From: Amoebidium appalachense
Lineage: Eukaryota; Protista; Ichthyosporea
NCBI GenBank assembly: GCA_963693365.1
Contig: CAVNZM010000011.1
Span: 620,001-684,000, forward strand
DNA: 64,000 nt
Direction of reading: 5' to 3'
The translations under genes were made by a program, and so were the position numbers. Below the pieces are notes generated by a model. It saw nothing but the letters and a program-made list of their open reading frames with translations, had not been told where the DNA came from and did not search any database. Below, in pieces: positions 24,706 to 44,343 of this stretch (the stretch's first letter is position 1; each line of letters begins with the position of its first letter).

Positions 24706-25531
24706 CTAGAACTTATGCTCCTTGAGCCATGCTTCGATTGTCCTAAAATGGTCGCCCGGCAGCACAATCTCTGAAAATTTGATCTGCATCTTGTCTTGGG
24801 ACACACCCGTCACCTTGGAAAGGGCCTCGGCCGCCAACTGCAAATCCCAGCGTAAGAACAGGGGACCGACACATAGGGACCCGGCAAACGAACAGAGTTT
24901 GGCCATACATACAGGGACCCAGCATGAGAACAGCATATGGCCATACATACAGGGACCCAGCATGAGAACATGCATATGGCCATACATACAGGGACCCAGC
25001 ATGAGAACAGCATATGGCCATACATAAAGGGACCCAGCATGAGAACGTATCGACATATGGGCACGACCCAGGGCGTCACATATGTGTATCTAAAGTAGTC
25101 GCTTGCATATATACACCAACAATGCACAAGATTTGCACGTACATATGGGTGTGAGCTTCAGAACAGCAAAATGACAAGGCACAGAGACATTGTACACATG
25201 GGATACAACCGCCTAGTTCCATACCTCCAAAGCGGGAAAAAAGCCACACGAATGACCAGGCCCAGAGCACCCCAAAGACGTCGGCACTCATACAAAAACG
25301 CACACACGCACACACGCACACACCAGCCCGCCCGCCCGCCCGCCTGCCCGCCCACCCCCCCGCCCCCCCCGCACACACATGCACACGAAACTTCAGACAA
25401 AATGGCAACCCACGTGTTACACCGTATAAACGACAAAACTACAGCGCCGGTTCAGCTGCCACCTATACCCGTACATTCGAATCGACCCGCCATCTCCCAC
25501 CTTCTTCCCCCCCATCCCCCCTCAAACACAC

Positions 25532-25573
<42 letters not shown>

Positions 25574-26095
25574 CACACACACACATGCACACACACACAT
25601 GCACACACACACACACGGACACACAGGTACACGCAAGCACACATACACACACACAGACACAGAAACACGCACAATTCAACCACACGTGTACACACATGAA
25701 TGCACACACACACGCACAAAGGCACATGCGTACACACCCAAGCAGGCACACACGAATAAACGCAAAGACACACATACACAAACACGCACACATTGCACAT
25801 GCACTCGCAGCGACACACACATGCACGCACCCCCCCCCCCCCCCCCCCCCCCCCCCACAAAAAAAAACACCCACCACACAGGCACGCACGCAGGCACGCA
25901 CGCACGCGTAAGCACACACCACACACACGCACACACAGACAGACACAGGCACACGCACATGAAACCACACATGCACACACATGAATGCAAGCACACACAC
26001 AGAGAGCACACACACACATAGCCAAGCAGGCACACATGAATAGACACACACCCACACACACAAACACGCACACATTGCACATGCACACACAGGAA

Positions 26096-26152
<57 letters not shown>

Positions 26153-27197
26153 ACACACACCACCCACCCGCAGGTCGCCTGTGAGGTGTTTGACTTTAGT
26201 CTGGACCCTGTGACCGTCCCGTGTTGCCTTGCGGTACAGCGGCAGGTTGTTTGTGTGTGTGCGCCCCACATGAAACTGTAGTGCCACGTTGCCTCCTGTG
26301 TCCCAGTCAGCATGCAGACAATGACACATATGCAGGGAAATGCACCAGATTTGCACATCAAGAAAAGACGTGCAAAAAACTAGGTTCCCCCCTCCCCCCC
26401 CCCTCCCTCCCCACCTCCCCCTCTTCCCCCACCACCACCACCGCCGCCAACTACAAACCTGCACATACACAACTAACCACTTCTACCTCACTACGTGTGC
26501 CCTCCTCTGTCCCTTCCCCCCTCCCTTTCCCTCCGAGAAAAAGCAAGATGGGGGTGGTGGTTGGGGGGGGGCGGAGGGGGGGGAAAGGGGGGGGGGGGTG
26601 AGAAGGACAGAAGAATGGGGGTCAAGCAGGGGGGGAGATTGGGGGAGGGGGGAGGTGAGGGAGGTTGAATGTGTCATTACGTACGAAGTACAAATTAACA
26701 ACGGACGACACAATGCAGTGTGCAAATCACATAAAGAGCAAGCCTAATAAGTAGAGCTCAAGCAGGGGCAGCCCATGTCATCCACAGTACCCGAGTTTGG
26801 ACCCATTCACCCGGGGGAACGGGAGGCGCGGGGGGGGGGGGGGGGGGGGGGGGGGGGAGGGGGGGTTGAATGCGTCAAAAAGTACGAAGTACACAAGAAC
26901 AAACGGATAACACGATGCAGAATGCAAGCCATACATAAAGAGTATGCATAATAAGCAGAGCCCATCCTCAGGGGGGCCCACGTCATCCACAGTACCCGAG
27001 TTTCGACCTATTCACCTCGTTAACGAAACCCAACTCAGAACTGTTTCACTTGAACATGGGTAGGTCACCCGTGGGGGGGAAGGGGAAGGGGGTACGGCCT
27101 CATCCTGAGCAAACTGCAAGCGGCTGAGACCAGCCCTTTGTGGCACCATAGCACCATCACATACTCCTTTCTCTCCGCCCCCCCTTACCCCGTCTCC

Positions 27198-27235
<38 letters not shown>

Positions 27236-28042
27236 AACCCACAGGCACGTGCACACAAACAACAACCTTCCCAGCCCCTCCATCAATCCCCCCTCCCCTC
27301 CCCCCTCCCCCCTCCCCCCTCCTCAAAAAACAAAACAATAAATAATAAAGAAATAAACAAATAAATGGATAACCATATCACTTTAATCCACACACCAACT
27401 CACCTTTTGGTGGGAACCAGCCCGACACTGTCTCCCCCTCGCTGGGTGCTGCAGTAGACAGGCATCGTACAAGCACCGTCCGGACACAGCCCTAAAATAG
27501 AAAAAGGCATCAGATATAACCCAAAATAGAACCAACTACAAAACGGGAATGACCTGGGCCACACAGCACAATAGCCCCTCGCACGGCAATCAAGGGAGGG
27601 GAAGGAGGACAGGGGGGGGGGGGCGGAGATAGAAAAAAAACTGCACGGGCATATATCTACACCAAACAAGGAAGCATAGGGTTGTAACGATGAAACAATT
27701 GCTTCGTAGCCATGGATGAAAGTGAGGGCAAGAATGGAATGCATAAGAGTGCACCAAAGAGGACACAGTGGTAGAAGCCCAAAGGGCGAAGGAAAGAGGG
27801 AGGAGAGCACGAGAAGAGAATGGAAGTTAGAATTCGTGCACGTTACAAACTCAAGCGTAGATTCCCGCAAGAAGGGCGAGATGAATCACCACCAAAACTG
27901 GGAAGATTGGGAAAGGGGCGAAGTTTTGAAATAGGAAAAGTACAGACTAGGCCAGGACAGAGAAGCGAAGGAGAGCTGTGTAGGGGGAGGAAAAAAACGA
28001 GAAGGAGGGTAAGAAACAAAGAGAGTTAGGGGGAGAGAAAGA

Positions 28043-28084
<42 letters not shown>

Positions 28085-28189
28085 GGGGGGGGGGATGTGC
28101 AAGTGAAATAGAGAAAGAAAAGGAGACGCGGGGGGAGGGGGGGGAGAGAGACAGTGAGAGACAAGAGATGGAGATGGAGATGGGGCGGG

Positions 28190-28273
<84 letters not shown>

Positions 28274-28616
28274 GAGAGAAGGAGAAGGGGGGGGGGGGGG
28301 GGGGGGTAGAGAGACAGAGAGGCAGAGAGAGGAGGAGGGAGAGAGAGAGGTAACGTCCTGGGAGAAGGGGGGTGGATGAAAATGACACCTAGAAGAGACC
28401 AACAGCCGTCCAGAATATATAGACAGTCAAAGTGCTATGTATCCGTCTGTGTGTGTGTGCGGGTGGGTGCATTTAGGGGATAAGCGACACGAGGATGGAG
28501 AAGTAATGTTACATAAAGACACACAGAAACCCTCGCACACCACACCCACTGCAACGCACCTGTTGTAATGGCCGTGTAGCAAAGGCACTCAGCGTATTTC
28601 TGCACAAACTCGCCAT
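24706..28616 (-). CDS. MRPL49: Mitochondrial ribosomal protein mL49 (MRPL49/Img2), 4 exons, 134 aa
   Basis: Exons 28560-28616, 27404-27491, 26168-26295 and 24706-24837 splice in frame (405 nt). The product has a presequence-like MASLCRNTLSAFATRPLQQ...RCLSTAAP, then SGWFPP, FHVGRTHTNNLPLY, TKVKHLTGDL and a C-terminal LPGDHFRTIEAWLKEHKF, matching mL49 motifs (SGWQPP, VRRS..HNIPVY, KVEGDI). Confidence 0.9.
24901..25046. repeat. 38-39 bp minisatellite (GGCCATACATACAGGGACCCAGCATGAGAACAGCATAT), about 4 copies plus degenerate flanks
   Basis: Read directly in the last MRPL49 intron, close to the acceptor. Confidence 0.9.
26663..27016. repeat. Diverged tandem duplication of about 150 bp (26663-26811 and 26864-27016) separated by a G run
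   Basis: Shared blocks GGTTGAATG, GTACGAAGTACA, CATAAAGAG and GTCATCCACAGTACCCGAGTTT..GACC.ATTCACC. Confidence 0.85.
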
Positions 28617-29323
28617 TATGTAAGTGTGATCCCAACTGGAACGTGTGTGGTTATGGTAAACGACAGTAACTAGGTATGGAGGTGACTGTAGACTGCCCTT
28701 CTACCTCCGCCCTATTTTGTGCTACAGAGACGTGCAGGTCGGGATGAGTCGGTGTGTGACGACACGGCCCTCACTAACGGTGGGCAGTTGGGGCTTTGTG
28801 TGTCAGCTGATGGGCATAAGACACTATAAAGCCTATAACTAGCGCACCTAGAAAGTAAACCTTATGTCCTCAAGCTTGCCCGCGTGTATGACACCGGTCA
28901 GTGAGTGCCAGTCACTGCTGGCACTTGACTGTGTGGTAGTCTACATGCGGTAAACGCATGAAAACGATTGCAAGGCAAGGTCTGACTATGTAGAAATACG
29001 TCACCTTGACGCTGTACTTGAGATCGAACGCCTGACGCACGCACGCACGCACGCGTACGCACGCATGCACACGAACACGCACACACACAAACACACACAT
29101 GTTAACACATATATCCCTATATAAATATTTACAAACACACCCAACACACGATCATGTATATACATGTATATACATGCATAGCGTGGTGGGGTGGGGGGGG
29201 GGGGGGGGGGGGGGGGGGGTGCTTTTCCGCCGGCTTCAGCTGATCAGCAACCGGGACAACGGCTTGTTTTTTTGCTCGAAGCTTATAATTAGGGCACTTT
29301 TGTTGTTGTTGTTGTTATTGGAT

Positions 29324-29369
<46 letters not shown>

Positions 29370-30591
29370 AGAAAAAAGAAAAAGAAGAAAGAAAAAAGAA
29401 AAGAGGAAAAGAAAAAAATTAGAGGGCCGGGGGGGGGGGGGGGGGGGGGGGGGGTATATAGCCATATGGGAGGGGGGGGGGGGGGGGGGGGGGGACCCAC
29501 GGTTTTCTTTCTTTCTTTAAATTTTTCTTCCCCCTAGGCTTTTTTTTATGATTGTAGAAGTGAGGGAGAGACGGTCCCTGGACGAAGGGCAAGCGCCGGA
29601 CAGGCGGGAGGCTGACTCACAGAGAGAGGGGGGGGGTAGTCACCGGTTGGGGGGGGGGGACCTTTAGGGGGCATCAAGAGAGAAAACCTCTGTAAACATG
29701 GCCCGGATGCACGTGCACGGCAGCTCGGCAAGGATAGGGACATGTTTCAGCAGGCCTATAGTTCAACTACATGTGGGAGCAAGCGCTGGCCATGGTTGTT
29801 ACACCCCCTTGAAAGACAACCATTTTAAGTATAGTGCTCTCGAACTATAAAAAGCACATGCACAGCACGTACTCACAGCAGTGAGCCAGTCAGCTGCAGT
29901 CTAATTTAGGGCCCACGTGGCCACCATGTGTTCTTTAATATTAATACCATCCGACAGACTAGTCATATATAAGTGCGGTGTCCTATTTGTTGTCCTTCGT
30001 GAGAATCATATAATAGCCTACAACAAAATGTTCTTCAAATTTAATCAATAAACCGCAGATAAAAAAAAAATGGAGGAAGGGGGGGGGGGGGGGGGGGGGG
30101 GGAGGGGGGGGGGGGGGGATACGTTTACGCGTTTAAGCTAAAACTCCCCAGTAAATTCAGCAGATATCTAAGCATTAATTGCAGCAATAACAGATGACAC
30201 AGCCCCCAGGCTGAGAAAGACTATCACTCATGCCTCCCTCAAATCTCTCCTCTCTCTTTCCGCCGATGCCTTCTGAACCATCCATTCATCCTTTTCCTTT
30301 CGGCTAGAGTCACAAAATAGACCTTCATGGGTAAACCATCAACGTGTTCGTGTCTATGTCTGTTTGTGCCAATGTGTTCAAACGTGTAGCATCGTTGTGT
30401 GATTGTGTTAGTACGCAGCATGATGCGTTGGCATCAGTGTATGTTTGCGATGCACGTGCGTGGAAGCGGATTGGTAACAACATGTCTTAGTGTCATCCGG
30501 TGTGCCTGCACATATGAACACATACTGGTTTGCTTGTGGTTGAGTATGTAGTATGCTGTGTGTGGTATATGTTTGGGATGGACGGTCTCGA

Positions 30592-38052
<7,461 letters not shown>

Positions 38053-38622
38053 CGTGCTTCAACGTAATTGTATGGTAGGTTCAAACTGTGCGTGTATAAG
38101 AAAAGGTAAGGCACCATGTGAGAACATGTCCGACGCTCAATTATAATCGTAAGTAAGTCTTTTTCCTTCGTTCTAAACTTTCTGCAGATCACTCTCGTGG
38201 CGCTGACACAACACGTAAAACCTCCAATGGTCAGTTAGCACAGGTTTCCCCTGCTTAAGGACACACCTTGTCATATTGATATCAAAGTGTGCTGCGAGTA
38301 GAAAGCTCTGTAGTTTCACTGCAGCAACCCTTATCCCATACCCACGTTTCACTTCTGGCTGTGACGCCGCGGCCGGCCGGTGGCTCCCCCAAGGGGCCGG
38401 GATTGTGCCACATTCCAAACCTCACACAATAACAGATCCCCCTTGTAATTTGAGGCGAGGTAGATGCACCGAGCACTGTGGAAAGGACATAAAAAACGGT
38501 ATCAGTTGTGCTTTTTGAAGTCAGATTACATATATTTTTTACGTTATTTAGATATATGTTTTTTCTGGCCTTTTAGCCAGAAAATGACCTAATTTCTATT
38601 TTTTTTTCCCCTCGAAAATGGG

Positions 38623-38830
38623 CGCAAGAAGACATCATTACTGCTGCTTCCCAACAGGCCCCCCTCAAAACCTACCGAGGCACAGCAAGCAAGTCAGCCT
38701 CTAAAAGAGCAATAGTTTTTTAGCTCAGATTTGGTCTGCATTGTTCTTTTAGAGGCTGACTTGCTTGCTGTGCCTCGGTAGGTTTTGAGGGGGGCCTGTT
38801 GGGAAGCAGCAGTAATGATGTCTTCTTGCG
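38623..38830. repeat. Long perfect inverted repeat (86-bp arms); candidate hairpin RNA locus or foldback element
   Basis: 38623-38708 is the exact reverse complement of 38745-38830. The stem extends by one G-T pair and CAAT/ATTG, leaving a 26-nt loop. Confidence 0.95.
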
Positions 38831-39452
38831 GAGTGTGGTCTGGTCAACATCGATGCATATGACTAGTTGGAGCAAACTAGTTTCACGCATACATGTACAC
38901 TTAAGGTTTTGCCCGCTGGTGTCCTTTGTCACTTGTCGCTTTATTTTTATTTCGTAGCTTTGGCTTTTTCAGTTCGATTGGTGGAATGTAGCCTGTGGCT
39001 GCACGTTGCCTTCATCAACGGATCAATAAAAACGAGTCAAAAGAAAAAAATGGGCACAATGTAGATGAAAAGTTGGGGGTCTTGTGGTGGATTCCCGCCC
39101 TTGTTTATAGTGAACCAATCAAAAAGCAGGCCGACGCAAATAGATCTATTGCTGCTTCAAGGGCGATCTTGCAGCCGCTCAGTGTGTGCACGTGTTCTGT
39201 TGTCGCGTGCATGGTAGCGACGGTAGCGTGCCAGCCCCAATCCCTACATATGCATACGCTTTGTCCGATGTGCGGGGACCATGCAAGTGGGCTTATAATA
39301 GTATAATATTGCACGACCAGTTGTGTAAATCTTTATTAGCAAGTGGCTAGCGCTGGTCAAACACACGTGGCACAAGTTGCACCGAGCTCGTGATACACAC
39401 GTACATCGGTGTGTGCGTGTGTGCCGTGTGTCACGGTGTGTGTGTGTGTGTA

Positions 39453-39517
<65 letters not shown>

Positions 39518-40099
39518 GTGCGTGTGTGTGCGTGTGTGACGGTGTGTGCGTGTGTGTGTGTTGCGGTGTACATACACGTGTACTTGTACGCCCGTGCGTA
39601 TGTGTGCGCGCGCGCGTGTGTTTGTGTGTGCTTATGTGTATGTGTGTGTGTGTGTGTGTGTGACACGTGTGTGTGTGGGCGTGTGTCCCGTGTGTGCGTG
39701 TGTGTGAGGATACACATGATATGTGTGTCAGCGACACGGTGTGTGTGTGTCTTGGTGTACGGTTGTTCCCTTTTTCTTCTGCGTGTATTCATGCATGTTG
39801 TTTTTGTACATGTACACGCGTGTGTGTGTCCGTGTGAACTGCGTGTGTGCGTGCGTGTATGTGCACAGGCTGGTGTGGTTCTTGTGCGCGTCACATTGTG
39901 TTTGGGCGTGTTTTTGTACATGTGCGTGCACGTGGTGTCCGGTCACGGTATCTGCCAGACATGTGTGCGTGTAGGCCTACATGTGCGTGTACAAGCGTGT
40001 GTGTGCGTGCGTGCAAGTGTGTGTGCACGCGTGCGCGTATGTATGTGTGTGTATTATATGTGTGTGTGTGTGTGTGCGTGTGTGTATGCAGGTGTCTGA

Positions 40100-40130
<31 letters not shown>

Positions 40131-40454
40131 CGTGTGAGCCACTTGGAGGCATTTAGCTGCACCATACGCGCACCGGGATCATCTGGCCGGCCCACACCTT
40201 CATCATTCTGGTAATACCATGGCCACACGCTCGGTAAATTCCACCACACAAACACCCATATATCGGACAGGAAATTGGTTAACTTCTTAGCGTACTGTAA
40301 TCAATGCAGGAACCACGGCCGTCCTTATATTTTGCGCTATCCGTTCTTAAAGTTTCTCGTAGTCACGGAAGGTATCTGTACAGATACTATCTATTATGCA
40401 ACTTGCCTTCAACTACGCTTGCCAGAGCCTAACCAGCTAGCCTAACCACATCGA

Positions 40455-40940
40455 CAGAGTGTATTCAAGAGTCGACTTTCTGCAGACAGATTTTTCCTGC
40501 AAAAAGCAGGATTCATCTTCAAAAAGCAGAATAATTCTGCATAAAATTTAACTTACAGATACCGTCCCCATCAAGATTACCTGCCAAAAAGTATACGCTA
40601 GCGGCCAAGTCCGTTTTTTTTTAAGAATATGCACCGCAGCCAGATTATGGGATATTCTTAATGGCGGACTGACCTATAAATTTTGCTGGATAATGCATAC
40701 TCATGCCCCCCCCCCCCCCCCCCCCCCCCCCCTCTCCCCGTCCCCTTCCCCCCCCCCCCCTAGCCCCCTCAACACACACATCCCAACCCTCCCCTCCCCA
40801 CGTCTCCCCCCGCCCCCCACACTCCCCCCCCCCCCCCCCTCCCCCCCCCCCGGGGGGATTCCCGTGCCATTTAAGAACATGATAGCGGCCATGCAAAAAC
40901 TTTAAGAATATGCACCGCTAGTGCACGTTTTTTTTTTTTT

Positions 40941-40971
<31 letters not shown>

Positions 40972-41348
40972 GGGGAGAGGGGGGGGGGGGGGGAGGGGGG
41001 TTATTAATGGCGGACGGCATGTGTAGGATTTTTTTTCTGTAAAAAGCAGAATTATTTAGCAGAACTATTTGGCACTGAGCAGAATTATCCGGCTAAGATA
41101 GGATTGTTCTTAAAATAGCAAAAATCATGATTCTGCATAATTATTATGCTTAAAGGACGACTATTCTGCTGAAAGAAGATATATTTTGCTAAAAAGATAT
41201 TATTCTGCCGAAAACTGAACTATTCGAGTTTAATACTTGGTTTTTGCCGAATAAATCCTGCTGAAAGCAGACCAGGTATCTGCTTAAAATTTTGTAGAAT
41301 AAGTCTGCCTGTTGCAGAATGATTCTGCTCGTGGCCCTCTTAGCCCTG
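40455..41348. mobile_element. Degenerate non-autonomous DNA transposon rich in GCAGAAT/ATTCTGC subterminal motifs
   Basis: AT-rich segment with many GCAGAAT-like motifs in both orientations at 40470-40555 and 41025-41335. Ends are not sharply defined. Confidence 0.45.
40556..41023. mobile_element. Nested Tc1/mariner-like MITE with TA target duplication
   Basis: TA|CAGATACCGTCC-CCATCAAG at the left end. The reverse complement of the right end reads TA|CACATGCCGTCCGCCATTAAT. Internal direct repeats TTTAAGAATATGCACCGC and TAATGGCGGAC. Confidence 0.5.
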
Positions 41349-41757
41349 TCGCGAAACATACCTCATGAACATCGATGTCGGTGCACGTGTCGCTGTGAAC
41401 TTGGGCAGGTCAATCGCCTTAAACTTAATCAGAGATGAGCAAGGTTGCTCATGTGAGCAAAACGGTGAAATTCCATGTGTGTACATGTGTGGGCAAACTA
41501 TTGCATATATATTGTATTGAAGTTTCATGCATGTACTTACATTTGCACAACGGGCGCAGAGACCAGCCTTGTCCGGTTGCATGGGAGTACAACACATCTC
41601 CACTCAGTGATACAATACCTAAGTTGCCGCATGTGTAGTGATCTTGAATTCAAAGGACACAATGTCATCTGAAACTCGGAGATAAGGCACCAAGTTGAAT
41701 CACGTGCACGGTACGATGTACAACTGCACAATGAGAAACCAACGAGTTGGGGAGGGA

Positions 41758-41795
<38 letters not shown>

Positions 41796-42550
41796 GAGAA
41801 AATCATCGGAAGCTTAGGGCAAGATTTAGAAAACGGGGGGCTTTACCGTGTGCTACAAATACTGAGCCCTAATGATTCGTGACTAATATGTAAACACACT
41901 GTGCAGAATGCAAAGCACACATGAAGAATATGCATCAACAGCAGCGCCCATGGCCTTTCGGGACTCAAATTATCCACTAAGTACTGTACGTGAGATATCA
42001 GTCGGGGAAAAGGGAGCCCTTGGGGGTAGGGGTGGGGGGGGGGGGGGGGAGGAGGGGGGGGGGAGGGAGGAAGAGGGAGAAGGGCTAGAAAGGGGAGGGG
42101 GAGGAGAAGGAGGGGGAAGGGGAGAGAGAGGGTGGTGGTGTTGGGGGGGGGGGAGGTGATTCAGATAGCATGTGGTATTTGATCCTGTCACGTGACGTGC
42201 CTTGCAAAGGTAGCAGTGGCAGAGCATAGAAAGTATATGCACATCCAGTAATGATTTGGGGACATTTACTATAGTCTGAGCAGTTCACTGAGTCGTACAT
42301 ATGTCACCATGTATGTGTACATCCAAACACACCGATACGGTAGGTAACTGCAGCAGCAGCGCTCTGCTAATAAGAAAAACGTTTTGAAACTGGAAAAAGG
42401 GAGCGGCGATGGCTGGCTTTACAGAATAATTGGTCATATTACCTAACATTCATACGAAATAAACAGATCTGAAGTTGAAAAGTGCAATCCCTAACTTATC
42501 CAGCAGTCGGTCTAATAAATAATCACTTACTCCGAAAATACAAGGTTTAA

Positions 42551-44343
42551 TCAAGTGGGGTCTGTCCTGTTGATAATTTTCTTCCTTGTTTGCATTTGTT
42601 CAATATCTGCTCTCAACCGAATAGGAAAACTAGATATACGTAAACTCGAACCATGTTCAGACAGCGATTCAATCGCGATAGTGCTGTCTTCGGAATTAAG
42701 GCTTTTTTGCCTTTGTGGTAGTACTTTCCAAAACATCTGTCGCAAATTCACAAACCTAATGTTTGTTCTAAATGACACGTCGGTCTCGGATGATGCGAGT
42801 GAACTTCGTGGAGTGTCGGACCCGCCTGTGCCTGCGGGGGGGAAAAACACGGCCGGCTGCACCGTTGGCGACTTTTGCCTCAGTGCGGCCGAAGGGAGTG
42901 ATGCCCGCCTGTAGTACTTGCCCAGGTAGGGGGTGCTTGGGGTGGTGCCCTGTTCGCACCGGTTGGGCAGTGTAGGCTGGCTTTGTGTGAATGCCTTTTC
43001 GTGGAAGAAATCGAATGCCGACGGCGTGGGTTTGCCATGGCCCCCCCAGACAAACGCGTCGTCTCGCCCCCGTTCGGGATGGGAATAGGAAGCCCGCCGT
43101 TTTGTTGCTGGGACTGTGTGCTGACTGATGGCAGGGGGGGGGTTTGCCGTGACCTCAGCAATGATGGCTGTGGCCGTGGGCAGCAACTCGCCCGAGTCAG
43201 CCATCCACGTGTCAAAGCCGCCCTTTGCTGGCTGCTTGCCCTTGGCCACGTTGGGAGGTGGCCCGCTGGCCAGGCCCGCCTGCATGACACAGGTGATGAC
43301 CTCCCAGGCAACAACCCAGGCAGCACGTGCCTGGCCGGTGAGCCGTGGGCCCAGGGCCTTTTCCAGCGCATGCAGGAAGCCGTCTCCTAGGGGTGAAAAG
43401 TGGGACGTGTTGACCTCGTGCATCAAGTGCAGCTGCCCGAGCTTGTAGAGGCTGCGCACGGACAGATTGGGGGCATCCAGCACGGCCATGGCGATGCTGA
43501 TGAAATGCCGGAAGTTGTTTTGGACGAGGTGGCTGTCCATGTATTTCACCTTGAGCTTGCTGTGATGTTTTGCAAGATGACGCAAAAACGCCCTTTTCAG
43601 CGTCTGCAAACATGCCTGCAAAAAAGCGACCGATCAGTATACACCATTCAGATTCATGAAGACAAACATTGCACGGTGGCCACAGCCTAACTGTAGCATC
43701 ACAACGTTCACATATCTACTATTATGAATTCCCACCAACAGATCTAGATTGCATTACAAGAATGAACAACAACACCAGAGCCTTGTATGCACCGCACCAT
43801 TCACCCAACTGTGCAAAAAGACCAGAAAGGACTCTTAAAAAAACTTGAGCCCCCTAACAGCCACTGCATATTCAGGCTGCTGGTGTGTTCACGACCCACC
43901 TCGTCTTTCAGCAGGGCCCCTCCAGTCTCTTTGATGGCGTCTGTCAGCCGCAGCTTGAACTGAGGCCATAGCGAGTGCTCCAGCAGAAGAAGCGCCTCAG
44001 ACTGCGCCTGGTCGAAGGTCGTGGGCGAAAGCACTGTGCGCCCGCTACCTGTCCGTTGCAGGAGGTCGCAGATGGGCTTGCAGACGGCCGCAGTCAGGTT
44101 GACTGGCGACGCCGCCTCCGCATCCAGGTGTGTGCGGTAGATGGCGCAGGCGTCCAGGAGCATAGGGTCGTCTAGTTCCGAGATAGGCGCACACAGGTCT
44201 ATCTCCTGGTGGTCCGCATATGCGGTTTTAAACGCCTGCACTGACGAGTAGAACATGAGGTTCTCCTCACTGTATGTGCTGTGTAGGTACTCTTCCAGAT
44301 AGCGCCGCGTGTGCGGACAGGACATGGCGAGCAGCACCTCCAT
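42551..44343 (-). CDS. RGS domain-globin domain fusion protein with a disordered Ser/Pro-rich tail (502 aa; possibly 522 aa with two small upstream exons)
   Basis: Exon 43900-44343 encodes RGS motifs (TRRYLEEYL, YSEENLMF, AIYRTHL, SPVNL, FDQAQ, LLEHSLWPQF). A phase-0 GT-AG intron (43616-43899) joins it in frame to exon 42551-43615, which encodes globin F-G-H helices (SLYKLGQLH, EVNTSHFSPLGDGFLHALEKALG, TGQARAAWVVAWEVITCVMQAG). Confidence 0.85.

Noticed and set aside
27095-27140. Possible extra MRPL49 exon (AGLSRLQFAQDEA)
   Set aside because: The flanking exons already join in frame with the expected SGWFPP-to-FHVGR spacing, and the splice signals are weak.
39400-40140. Long Cys/Val-rich ORFs between ATG4 and RGS-globin
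   Set aside because: This is a degenerate (TG)n low-complexity tract with no splice or domain support.
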